Assembly: GCF_017656155.1 (NCBI RefSeq)
Contig: NZ_JACDOH010000005.1
Location: 98,678 to 122,677 of the forward strand
From: Thermosyntropha sp.
GTDB taxonomy: Bacteria > Bacillota > Syntrophomonadia > Syntrophomonadales > Syntrophomonadaceae
DNA length: 24,000 nucleotides
Direction of reading: 5' to 3'
In this document: positions 15,381 to 23,157 of the stretch, in pieces
Position numbering within the stretch: the stretch's first letter is position 1
Layout of the letters: each line of letters starts with the position of its first letter
Notes under the pieces: generated by a model
The model's input: the letters and a program-made list of their open reading frames with translations, nothing else
What the model was told of the DNA's origin: nothing
Database searches by the model: none
Program-made: the position numbers and the translations under genes

Positions 15381-15610
15381 TAATCTTCTCCCAAATCAAA
15401 ATCTACCAGCTCTATTTCTCCCTGAGCATTGCGCAAAAGCTGTTTTATTCTGGCATCAGCTTTCTCCAGTTCTTTCCGGCAGAATAAAGAAAGTTTTATG
15501 CCTTCTTCAAATACTTTTATCGATTCTTCCAAACTTAAATCTCCCATTTCCAGGTCTTTAACTATATTTTCAAGCCTCTTTATAGCCATTTCAAAAGTCA
15601 TATTTTCCAT
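15380..15610 (-). CDS. xseB: Exodeoxyribonuclease VII small subunit
   Basis: The protein is 76 aa. 'FEMAIKRLENIVKDLEMGDLSLEESIKVFEEGIKL' is the typical XseB sequence. It is paired with xseA and overlaps it by 13 nt. Confidence 0.9.
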   Translation of the reverse strand: MENMTFEMAIKRLENIVKDLEMGDLSLEESIKVFEEGIKLSLFCRKELEKADARIKQLLRNAQGEIELVDFDLGED

Positions 15611-16815
15611 AGCTCTTCCTTCTCCTTACCTTTAACCTCAAGGATTAAATAGCCTTCCGCCACCCTGCCAGTTAAAAGATCTCCTTCTTTAATATTATCA
15701 AGATTTCGGACTGCATTTCCATCTTTCATTAACACTGCATACCCTCTTTTCAAAACATTTAAAGGACTTAACTTTTCAAGTCCAGAAAGCACCAGCATAA
15801 AACTGTTAGCCTTTTTCTGATAAATATTATCCACTGCTCTGATTAAATCTTTATTAAGGCTGTGTAAATAATCCTGTTTTGTCTTAACCGTCCATTCCGG
15901 CTCCTGCCAGATTTTTCTCATCATAAGGTTATCCAGGTTTTCACTGTAATAGAGAAGTCTCCGTTCCATAAGCCGAATCAATCTTTGTTGATACTCTTTT
16001 ATATTCTCTCTTAAACTTTCAAAATCGGGCACAGCCATCTGAGCAGCCTGCGTAGGAGTTGCCGCCCTTACATCTGCTGCCAAATCGGTCAGACTGAAAT
16101 CCACTTCATGTCCCACAGCAGAAATGACCGGTATTTCAGATTCATATACCGCCTTTACTACTTCTTCCGTATTAAAAGCCTTTAAATCTTCTACCGACCC
16201 ACCCCCACGGCCGATTATTATGAGATCAACTTCCCCATATTCATTTAAAAGCCTTATCCCTTCAGCCAGCTGATAAGGAGCCTCCATCCCTTGAACTGCA
16301 CTGTGCACCAGAAGCACTTCTATCCCGGGATGGCGGCTTTTCAAGATACGCCACATATCGCGTAAAGCTGCACCATCCTGAGAAGTAACTATCCCTATTC
16401 TTCTAGGAAAAAAAGGAAGAGTTTTTTTCCTGCTTTGGTCAAAATACCCTTCTTTCTCTAGGCGCTCTTTAAGTTGGTTTAAATACAAAAAAAGCCCTCC
16501 TACTCCATAGGGCTGCATTTCTTCTACATATAACTGATATTTACCCTGAGGAGGGTAAACTGAGACCCTACCCCTGACCAAAACCTCTTGCCCATCTTCA
16601 GGGATAAAATTCAATCTCAAATTTCGGTTTTTGAACATGACACAGCTTAAAGTGCTTTTTTTGTCTTTCAAGGTAAAATACATATGACCTGACTGCTGAT
16701 AAAGCTTAAAACCAGAAATTTCACCTTTAATCCACAAATCTGACAATACTGGATCCCTGGTTAATATTTCATTTATATAATTGTTAAGCTGAGTTACCGT
16801 AATAAAATCAGGCAT
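15598..16815 (-). CDS. xseA: Exodeoxyribonuclease VII large subunit
   Basis: The protein is 405 aa. It has an N-terminal OB fold ('VTQLNNYINEIL...WIKGEISGFK') and 'RIGIVTSQDGAALRD...IIGRGGGSVEDL'. Confidence 0.9.
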   Translation of the reverse strand: MPDFITVTQLNNYINEILTRDPVLSDLWIKGEISGFKLYQQSGHMYFTLKDKKSTLSCVMFKNRNLRLNFIPEDGQEVLVRGRVSVYPPQGKYQLYVEEMQPYGVGGLFLYLNQLKERLEKEGYFDQSRKKTLPFFPRRIGIVTSQDGAALRDMWRILKSRHPGIEVLLVHSAVQGMEAPYQLAEGIRLLNEYGEVDLIIIGRGGGSVEDLKAFNTEEVVKAVYESEIPVISAVGHEVDFSLTDLAADVRAATPTQAAQMAVPDFESLRENIKEYQQRLIRLMERRLLYYSENLDNLMMRKIWQEPEWTVKTKQDYLHSLNKDLIRAVDNIYQKKANSFMLVLSGLEKLSPLNVLKRGYAVLMKDGNAVRNLDNIKEGDLLTGRVAEGYLILEVKGKEKEELWKI

Positions 16816-17650
16816 TATTCAGTCTATTCCTCCTGTATGCCAGCTGCAGGTTTTGAAGCAACTTGCTTATAAGTATGGGCCCCAACCCCCCAGGAACAGG
16901 AAGGAGAAATCCGTCTTTTTCTTTTAAATTTTCATTGTGGACATTTCCGCATATTTTATCATAAGACAACCAGTGAAACCCGGCATCTATAACTAAAGCC
17001 CCTTCATTTATCATTTCGCCTGTAACACTCAAAGGATCTCCTTTTTCAAATACAAAAATATCACTTGCTTCCAATTCCCTTTTGTCTAATTCCGGAATCA
17101 CATCTACATTAACCCCTTTTCTAACCAGCATAACAGATAAAGGCAGTATAAGGTCAAATGAATCTCCTATCAAAGTAGCTTTTTTCCCCTGTAGAGATAT
17201 AATGTTTCTTTCAATCACTTCCAAAGCGGCTAATGCTGCACAGCTTGTGAAAGAAGGTTTTTCCCCCATAAGCAAACCCCGATTATGAGGAGTAAAGCCG
17301 TCTACATCTTTATGGGGAGAAATCGCCGATAAAATCTCCTCCAAAAAGGGATTTAAGTCTTCCGGCAAAGGAAGCTGCAGTAAAATACCGTCAATAGAAC
17401 TGTCTTCATTAAGCTCTTTTATCCTGTTAACCAGTTCATCTCTAGTAACATTTGAAGGAAAAATAACATGTTCAACCTCTCCACCTGTATATTCAACAGC
17501 CTTTTCTTTCAAGCCTACATATACAAGGCTTTCCTTGTCATCTCCAACTACAACTACGGCCAGCCTTGGCTTTATGTTGTTTTCCAGGTTTTCCGCTTTA
17601 ATTCTTTCTCTTATTTCGCGTGCTATTCCCAATCCGTCAATTATCTGCAT
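16808..17650 (-). CDS. FolD paralog 2: cyclohydrolase-site residues retained, NADP-binding loop degenerate
   Basis: The protein has the FolD fold. 'LVYVGLKEKA', 'LQLPLP', 'KDVDGF' and 'PVPGGLGP' are present, but the Rossmann loop reads 'LIGDSFDLILPLS' instead of GxSxxVGxP. I prefer ATG 17650 (AGAGGGGTGA SD) over the ORF-track start at 17677. Confidence 0.8.
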   Translation of the reverse strand: MQIIDGLGIAREIRERIKAENLENNIKPRLAVVVVGDDKESLVYVGLKEKAVEYTGGEVEHVIFPSNVTRDELVNRIKELNEDSSIDGILLQLPLPEDLNPFLEEILSAISPHKDVDGFTPHNRGLLMGEKPSFTSCAALAALEVIERNIISLQGKKATLIGDSFDLILPLSVMLVRKGVNVDVIPELDKRELEASDIFVFEKGDPLSVTGEMINEGALVIDAGFHWLSYDKICGNVHNENLKEKDGFLLPVPGGLGPILISKLLQNLQLAYRRNRLNNA

Positions 17651-17663
17651 CTTTTCACCCCTC

Positions 17664-18530
17664 TTAATCAGCAGCAAGTTGCCACTTTAAAGCCTCCACA
17701 GTGTTTTTCATCAAATAAGCGGTAGTCAAAATTCCTACCCCTCCAGGAACCGGAGTTATATAAGCTGCTCTCTTCCGCGCCTCTTTGAAATCAACATCTC
17801 CTACTATCTTATCTTCTACCGCAGTTATACCTGCATCAATAACAATAGCTCCTTCTTTTATCCATTCTCCTTTTACTAATCCAGGATAACCTGCTGCTAC
17901 TACTAAAATTTCAGCATTTCTAACATGTTTTTCAAGCATTCCCCGCTTAAAAGTTTCATATTGGCAAACCGTAACGGTAGCCTCCTGCTGCATCAAAAGC
18001 ATGGCAACCGGTTTTCCTACAATATCACTGTGTCCGATTACCGTTATTTCTTTACCTTTTAGATCTACACCTGTTGACTTTATTAAAGCTACAATAGACT
18101 GTGCAGTACAGGGAATTAAGCCCGGCATTCCCAGAAAAAGCTGTCCCAAGTTGGAAGGGGTAACCCCCTCTACATCTTTCTTTTTATCTATACTCCACTG
18201 GGCAATCTTTGCATTAATATGTCCAGGCAAAGGCATATGCAAAATTAAACCATTTATATAAGGATCCTGGTTAATATCCCTTATAACATTTAAAAGCCTC
18301 TCCTGGGTAGTTTCACTAGAAAGTTGAATAGACTCATAATTTATTCCCACTTCTTCGGCCGTACGCCGCTGAGAAGATAAATAAACCTTAGAAGCCGGAT
18401 TGTCACCGACTTCTAAAGTCATAAGCAAAGGCGATTTTCCCTGTTTCCTTAGATTTTTTACCTCTTCCCTTATTTCGTTAATAAGCTTTTCTCTGACTAT
18501 TTTCCCATACAATACATTCCCTCTCTCCAT
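17664..18530 (-). CDS. folD: FolD paralog 1: methylene-THF dehydrogenase/cyclohydrolase family, NADP loop intact, cyclohydrolase Lys replaced
   Basis: 'VIGHSDIVGKPVAMLL' and 'ITPVPGGVG' are intact. Where E. coli has 'IYVASKRKA', this copy reads 'VYLSSQRRT'. 'QLPLP' has become 'HMPLP' and 'DVDGF' has become 'DVEGV'. A GAGGGGAGAAGG SD lies upstream of ATG 18530. Confidence 0.85.
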   Translation of the reverse strand: MERGNVLYGKIVREKLINEIREEVKNLRKQGKSPLLMTLEVGDNPASKVYLSSQRRTAEEVGINYESIQLSSETTQERLLNVIRDINQDPYINGLILHMPLPGHINAKIAQWSIDKKKDVEGVTPSNLGQLFLGMPGLIPCTAQSIVALIKSTGVDLKGKEITVIGHSDIVGKPVAMLLMQQEATVTVCQYETFKRGMLEKHVRNAEILVVAAGYPGLVKGEWIKEGAIVIDAGITAVEDKIVGDVDFKEARKRAAYITPVPGGVGILTTAYLMKNTVEALKWQLAAD

Positions 18531-18586
18531 ATTTACCTTCTCCCCTCAAACAACCCGTTATAAAGCAATTAGACATTTATTTTAGT

Positions 18587-19558
18587 CTATTTTTCATTTT
18601 TCCTATGAATTTCCCTTGCAAGTAATGCTACCCCTGCCGCATTGTCCGTGCTCAGGTGGGGATAAGCAAAATAAAGCTTTAACCCAACCGCCGGATGTTC
18701 TAATCGTTTTATAAGCCTTGCCTTTATTAGAGAATTGGACATTACTCCCCCCACCAGCAGCACATCACGCACTTTGCGCTCTTCAGATATCATCAATAAA
18801 ACCTTTTCCAGGGTATTAGCTATAACTTTCAAGACAGCATAAGCCACTTTTTCCTTAGGAATACCTTCAGCCAAAAACCTTAAAGCCATCGTTTCAGCTC
18901 CTGAAAAAGAAAAGCCTCTTCGATTTACTGAGGAAGGTATAAATATATCAACATCACCTTCTACCTTTAAGGCCAGCTTTTCCATTTCCCTGCCTGCCGG
19001 AAACGGAAGTCCCATCGCTACCCCTACCCGATCTACCAACTGTCCGGCATGAATATCAAGACCGGAAAGACATTCCTCAATAGCAAAAAAAGAAGACACT
19101 CCGGATTTTATATGCAGAACTTCTGAGGTTCCCCCCGAAAAATGAACCGCCAAAAACTCCTTTTTATCCAGCAAAACCGGATTATTATAAATCCCTGCCA
19201 TAACATGCCCTTCCTGATGACTTACCATATACAGAGGAATATCAGCTGATAAGCTCAAAATTCCAGCTGCCGACTCTCCTGCTTTAAAAACCGGCATATA
19301 ACTGTTTTCCTCCGGCCTTGGCTTACAGCTTACAGCAATTGCCTTAAGCCCAGGGATTACACCTCTAGTCTTTTCAAATAAAAGCGGAAGGTTTTTTATG
19401 TGCTGAAAAAAAGCCTCTGATTGTCTTAAACCTCTTTTACCTTTCGGCACAGAAAGCAAAATACGCTCATCTCTTATTATATTACCTTCTTCATCAACCA
19501 AGGCTAAAGAGGTAGTGTAGGCACTGGTATCTATCCCTAAATAAATACTCATTGGCAT
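18587..19558 (-). CDS. Kae1/TsaD-family (ASKHA fold, 'glycoprotease'-like) paralog, 323 aa
   Basis: Several segments parallel TsaD: 'GIDTSAYTTSLAL', 'VSHQEGHVMAG' (the HxxxH metal site), 'SGGTSE', 'SFSGAET', 'LVGGVMSN' and 'STDNAAGVA'. The alternative start ATG 19552 forms an ATGA overlap with the nusB stop. Confidence 0.7.
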   Translation of the reverse strand: MPMSIYLGIDTSAYTTSLALVDEEGNIIRDERILLSVPKGKRGLRQSEAFFQHIKNLPLLFEKTRGVIPGLKAIAVSCKPRPEENSYMPVFKAGESAAGILSLSADIPLYMVSHQEGHVMAGIYNNPVLLDKKEFLAVHFSGGTSEVLHIKSGVSSFFAIEECLSGLDIHAGQLVDRVGVAMGLPFPAGREMEKLALKVEGDVDIFIPSSVNRRGFSFSGAETMALRFLAEGIPKEKVAYAVLKVIANTLEKVLLMISEERKVRDVLLVGGVMSNSLIKARLIKRLEHPAVGLKLYFAYPHLSTDNAAGVALLAREIHRKNEK

Positions 19559-19950
19559 TCTCTCGCAATCTTATCCAGAATAGCATTTACAAAAGCATGA
19601 GATTTTTCATCTCCATATTTCTTGGCAATTTCCACCGCTTCATCTATCGCAATAGGAGGCAAAACCTCCTTAAGATATAACATTTCAGCAGCAGCTATCC
19701 TCATAATATTCCGATCAACCGCTGACATGCGTTTTAAATCCCAGGCATCAGAATATTTTGCAATCTTATCATCAATGCTTTCTAAATTTTCAAGACATTT
19801 CCGAATGAGTTTTTGAGCAAATTCCCAATCCTTTTCAGGCAAAGAACCTTCTTCAACCAAATAATTAAAGGCTTCTTCAGGATCTGCTTTAGCCTGTTCT
19901 ACTTGAAAAACTACTTTAAAAGCTGTTTCCCTTGCTCTGCGCCTGCTCAA
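19549..19950 (-). CDS. nusB: Transcription antitermination factor NusB
   Basis: 'SRRRARETAFKVVFQ' matches the canonical NusB N-terminus. I prefer TTG 19950 (AAGGGGA SD 5 nt upstream) over the ORF-track TTG 19968, which has no SD. Confidence 0.9.
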   Translation of the reverse strand: MSRRRARETAFKVVFQVEQAKADPEEAFNYLVEEGSLPEKDWEFAQKLIRKCLENLESIDDKIAKYSDAWDLKRMSAVDRNIMRIAAAEMLYLKEVLPPIAIDEAVEIAKKYGDEKSHAFVNAILDKIARECQ

Positions 19951-19986
19951 ATTAATCCCCTTTCCCAAAAAGTAAATTTTATTTTA

Positions 19987-20208
19987 TCATTCGCGATTCC
20001 TGAAAATCTGCTTTAACCAGACATCTATATCCTGTTTTTCATCGACCTTCTTACCAATAAAATACCCCAAACCTATGCAAAGCATTATAAAAAGCGCTTT
20101 TAAAAACCCATAAGTTACTACCAGGATAGCTGCAACAAGACCTAATAAAACCCCTAATACTTTACCACGGTGTTCTTCTAAAAGCAAAAACAAAAATTTT
20201 TCCCACAT
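19987..20208 (-). CDS. Small integral membrane protein (DUF2273-like), third member of the asp23 cluster
   Basis: The protein is about 73 aa with two hydrophobic helices ('GKVLGVLLGLVAAILVV', 'LFIMLCIGLGYFIG'). ATG 20208 has a GGGAGG SD 8 nt upstream. Its position after amaP matches asp23 loci. Confidence 0.6.
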   Translation of the reverse strand: MWEKFLFLLLEEHRGKVLGVLLGLVAAILVVTYGFLKALFIMLCIGLGYFIGKKVDEKQDIDVWLKQIFRNRE

Positions 20209-20252
20209 ACGAAAGCCTCCCACCAATTCAAAGACATCCAAGGATATTAAGG

Positions 20253-20783
20253 TTAAGCCTTATTAAGACTGCCAAAATCATCTACCAAAATTTTAATTTC
20301 TGCAACTTTCAGCCCACCCAACTCCTCTAAATACTTTCTAACAATCTCTTTTATCTTATCAGTCATTTCAGGAACGCTGTATTCAGGATTAATCATCATA
20401 TGTAAATAAACAACCAAACCTTTATCACTAGGATTTACTACCGGCCTTATCTCTTTTATACCTTCTACTTCCTTAACAGCTTTCATTATTATAACCTTTA
20501 CTGCTTCAACAGTAATAGATACCTGTCCATTCATACTGCTGTCTATTATTACAGCCTTTGGTTTAGGAGCAGTTTTTAAAGACTTTATAAACAGATAAAA
20601 AATCAAAACTATAACAATCAGGGCACAAATACCCGCAATTATACGGTTCTCAGGAGTAGAAAAAATAAGTTCAACATAAGCTAAAGGTTCAGGACGCCCT
20701 GCTGCTCTTGCCAAAACCGCACCAGCTATAACTAAAAAGATAACATTATATACAAATAACAGCAAACGCCAAAAAATTGACAT
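20253..20783 (-). CDS. amaP: Alkaline shock response membrane anchor protein AmaP-like
   Basis: Two N-terminal TM helices are followed by a soluble domain. The gene lies directly downstream of asp23. I prefer ATG 20783 (AAGAGGTGAG SD) over the ORF-track start at 20846. Confidence 0.65.
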   Translation of the reverse strand: MSIFWRLLLFVYNVIFLVIAGAVLARAAGRPEPLAYVELIFSTPENRIIAGICALIVIVLIFYLFIKSLKTAPKPKAVIIDSSMNGQVSITVEAVKVIIMKAVKEVEGIKEIRPVVNPSDKGLVVYLHMMINPEYSVPEMTDKIKEIVRKYLEELGGLKVAEIKILVDDFGSLNKA

Positions 20784-20815
20784 TTTCTCACCTCTTTCGG
20801 GTAAATAATACAGAT

Positions 20816-20841
20816 AAACCCCCTGGCTCCACAGGGGGTTT
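20816..20841 (-). other. GC-rich 10-bp hairpin between asp23 and amaP (attenuator or processing/stabiliser candidate)
   Basis: AAACCCCCTG (20816-20825), loop GCTCCA, CAGGGGGTTT (20832-20841). On the minus strand it is followed by ATCTGTATTATTT, so the U tract is poor. Confidence 0.4.
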
Positions 20842-20858
20842 ATCAAAAAATCCCATTC

Positions 20859-21266
20859 TTATTCGTTTTCAGCTTCGGCAGCCAGATTATCCTCGACATC
20901 AGCTGATTTTTTCATAGTAACTCCAGCAATGTAAACATTAACTTCCGAAACCTTCAAGCCAGTCATAGTTTCTACCGCCATTTTAACTTCCTTTTGCACA
21001 TTTGAGGCTACTTCAGGAATAGGATAACCAAATTCTACACTAAGAAAAATATCAATTTTGGTTTCATCATCTAATACTTCAACCTTAATTCCCTTACCGT
21101 AATTCTTTTTGCCCAACTTTTCCACAATTTCGGTTCCCCAGCCTGCGCTCATAGAGGCAACCCCTTCAACTTCCACTGCAGCCAGCCCGGCAATAGTTGA
21201 AACAACCTCATCAGCTATGCGTATTACCCCAAATTCATTGGCTATTTCCGGCTTTTTATTTTCCAT
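20859..21266 (-). CDS. Asp23/Gls24-family envelope stress protein
   Basis: The protein is 135 aa. 'IADEVVSTIAGLAAVEVEGVASM' and 'KVSEVNVYIAGV' are typical of Asp23/YqhY. Confidence 0.85.
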   Translation of the reverse strand: MENKKPEIANEFGVIRIADEVVSTIAGLAAVEVEGVASMSAGWGTEIVEKLGKKNYGKGIKVEVLDDETKIDIFLSVEFGYPIPEVASNVQKEVKMAVETMTGLKVSEVNVYIAGVTMKKSADVEDNLAAEAENE

Positions 21267-21297
21267 ATCTGTCCACCTCCCAATTTATCTGTTATAT

Positions 21298-21327
21298 ATT
21301 ATAACAAACTTTTCCTTTGAGTAGCAA
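21298..21327 (-). promoter_or_regulatory. Candidate promoter for the asp23 cluster (TTGCTA-N18-TGTTATAAT)
   Basis: On the minus strand, the -35 TTGCTA = 21327..21322 and the extended -10 is TG 21306..21305 plus TATAAT 21303..21298. It lies about 30 nt upstream of the asp23 SD GGGAGGTGG. Confidence 0.35.
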
Positions 21328-21343
21328 ACAATTTATTTTTAAA

Positions 21344-22690
21344 TCAATCATCCTGCATACGACGCTGTATAAAGTTGGTATATACTTCCCCCTTACGATA
21401 AAATGCATTATCTAAAACCTTAAGATGGAAGGGGACAGTAGTTTTTACCCCTTCTATAGTAAATTCGCCCAAGGCTCTCTTCATGCGTGAAATAGCTTCA
21501 TTGCGGTCTTTGCCCCATACAATAAGCTTTGCTACCATAGAATCATAAAAAGGCGGAATAGTATAGCCGGGATATACAGAAGAATCTACCCTTACCCCTA
21601 TACCTCCCGGAACAATATATTTTGCCACTGTGCCTGGAGAAGGACAAAAATCATTAGCCGGATCTTCCACATTTATACGACATTCAATAGCCCAGCCATT
21701 GAGTTTGATATCTTCCTGTTTAAAGCTGAGCCTTTCTCCTGCTGCAATCTTTATCTGTTCTTTAACCAGATCTATGCCGGTTATCATCTCAGTTACTGGA
21801 TGTTCCACCTGAATACGGGTGTTCATTTCGATAAAATAAAAGTTCCGATGTTTATCTACCAAAAACTCTATAGTTCCGGCACTGCAATATCCCACTTCTT
21901 TAGCCGCATTAACTGCAGTCATTCCCATTTTACTGCGCAGTTCTTCATCGAGAAAGCTTGAGGGAGCCTCTTCCAAAAGCTTCTGGTTTCTTCTCTGCAG
22001 GGAACAGTCTCTTTCTCCTAAATGCACTACATTTCCAAACTCGTCAGCTAACACCTGGATTTCAATATGTCTGGGTTCCTCAATATACTTTTCTATATAC
22101 ACCTCATCATTTCCAAAAGCTGCTCCTGCTTCCATTTTAGCCATTTGCAAAGACTCGCGCAAATCTTCCGGCGAATGGGCAAGACGCATTCCTTTCCCTC
22201 CGCCTCCGGCTGCAGCCTTTATCATAACTGGGTAGCCTATCTCATCTGCAATCCTTTTAGCTTCCTCATAGCTTTTTACTCCTCCATCGCTTCCTGGAAC
22301 CAGGGGAACTCCGGCCTTTTTCACTACTTCTTTGGCCTTTACCTTATCCCCCATTATAGAAATAGCCTCCGGGCTAGGTCCTATAAACTTTATATCGTTA
22401 GTTTCGCAGAGTTCGGCAAAATAAGCATTCTCCGCCAAAAATCCATATCCGGGATGAATAGCTTCAGCTCCGGTCGTTTGAGCTGCAGCAATAATATTGG
22501 GGATATTTAAATAACTCTGTTTAGCCGGCGCAGGCCCTATGCAAACCGCTTCATCCGCCAGTTTAACATGCAGACTTTCTTTATCAGCCAGCGAATAGAC
22601 GGCAACCGTTTTAATCCCCAACTCCTTACATGCTCGAATAATCCGGACAGCAATCTCTCCCCGGTTAGCAATCAAAACCTTGGAAAACAA
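21344..22690 (-). CDS. accC: Biotin carboxylase (AccC; could equally serve as the PycA-type partner of the upstream carboxyltransferase)
   Basis: The protein is 448 aa. It carries '[17 protein letters not shown]', '[10 protein letters not shown]', the ATP-grasp 'GGGGKGMR' and '[15 protein letters not shown]'. Confidence 0.9.
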   Translation of the reverse strand: MFSKVLIANRGEIAVRIIRACKELGIKTVAVYSLADKESLHVKLADEAVCIGPAPAKQSYLNIPNIIAAAQTTGAEAIHPGYGFLAENAYFAELCETNDIKFIGPSPEAISIMGDKVKAKEVVKKAGVPLVPGSDGGVKSYEEAKRIADEIGYPVMIKAAAGGGGKGMRLAHSPEDLRESLQMAKMEAGAAFGNDEVYIEKYIEEPRHIEIQVLADEFGNVVHLGERDCSLQRRNQKLLEEAPSSFLDEELRSKMGMTAVNAAKEVGYCSAGTIEFLVDKHRNFYFIEMNTRIQVEHPVTEMITGIDLVKEQIKIAAGERLSFKQEDIKLNGWAIECRINVEDPANDFCPSPGTVAKYIVPGGIGVRVDSSVYPGYTIPPFYDSMVAKLIVWGKDRNEAISRMKRALGEFTIEGVKTTVPFHLKVLDNAFYRKGEVYTNFIQRRMQDD

Positions 22691-22701
22691 TATATCACCC
22701 C

Positions 22702-23157
22702 TTAATCCTGTTCAATTAGGAAAAGCGGCTGACCATATTCTACAGGTTCAGCATTATCTACCAGTATTTCAGCAATTACTCCGGAAACTTCTGCCTTAAT
22801 TTCATTCATAAGCTTCATAGCTTCAACAATACATAAAGTCTGACCTACCTCTACTCTGTCCCCTACGTTTACATAAGGCGGTGAATCAGGAGAAGGAGCG
22901 GCATAGAAAGTACCTACCATAGGTGATACAACTTCTACCAAATTATCAGCTTTTGCTTTTTCTTTCTCAGGTTCAGTTTTACTTAAATCCGGTTTATCCT
23001 GAACCGGGATTTTTATCGGTTCTGTCCCGACTGTTTCTTTTCCTGCCCCGGAGAATTTACGCAAAGTCAAACGATAATCATCCTTCTGCAGTTCCAGTTC
23101 AGCAATGCCAGTCTGATCTAAAAGAAGCATTATTTCTCTTATTTCATCAATATTCAT
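22702..23157 (-). CDS. accB: Possible independently translated AccB (BCCP, 151 aa) nested in frame in the fusion ORF
   Basis: ATG 23157 is preceded by the consensus SD AAGGAGG (23172..23166) with an 8-nt spacer. The product would be a complete AccB. Confidence 0.35.
   Translation of the reverse strand: MNIDEIREIMLLLDQTGIAELELQKDDYRLTLRKFSGAGKETVGTEPIKIPVQDKPDLSKTEPEKEKAKADNLVEVVSPMVGTFYAAPSPDSPPYVNVGDRVEVGQTLCIVEAMKLMNEIKAEVSGVIAEILVDNAEPVEYGQPLFLIEQD

Noticed and set aside
509-22510. Numerous 60-147-aa ORFs antisense to long genes, for example 509..754, 1824..2042, 4325..5066, 8204..8521, 10624..11260, 12365..12562, 14836..15018, 17082..17288, 18001..18261, 21630..22510 and 22923..23192.
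   Set aside because: Each lies entirely within a well-supported gene on the opposite strand. The products are low-complexity or Ser/Pro/Leu-rich, as is typical of antisense frames in AT-rich DNA, and none has an SD or a recognisable motif.
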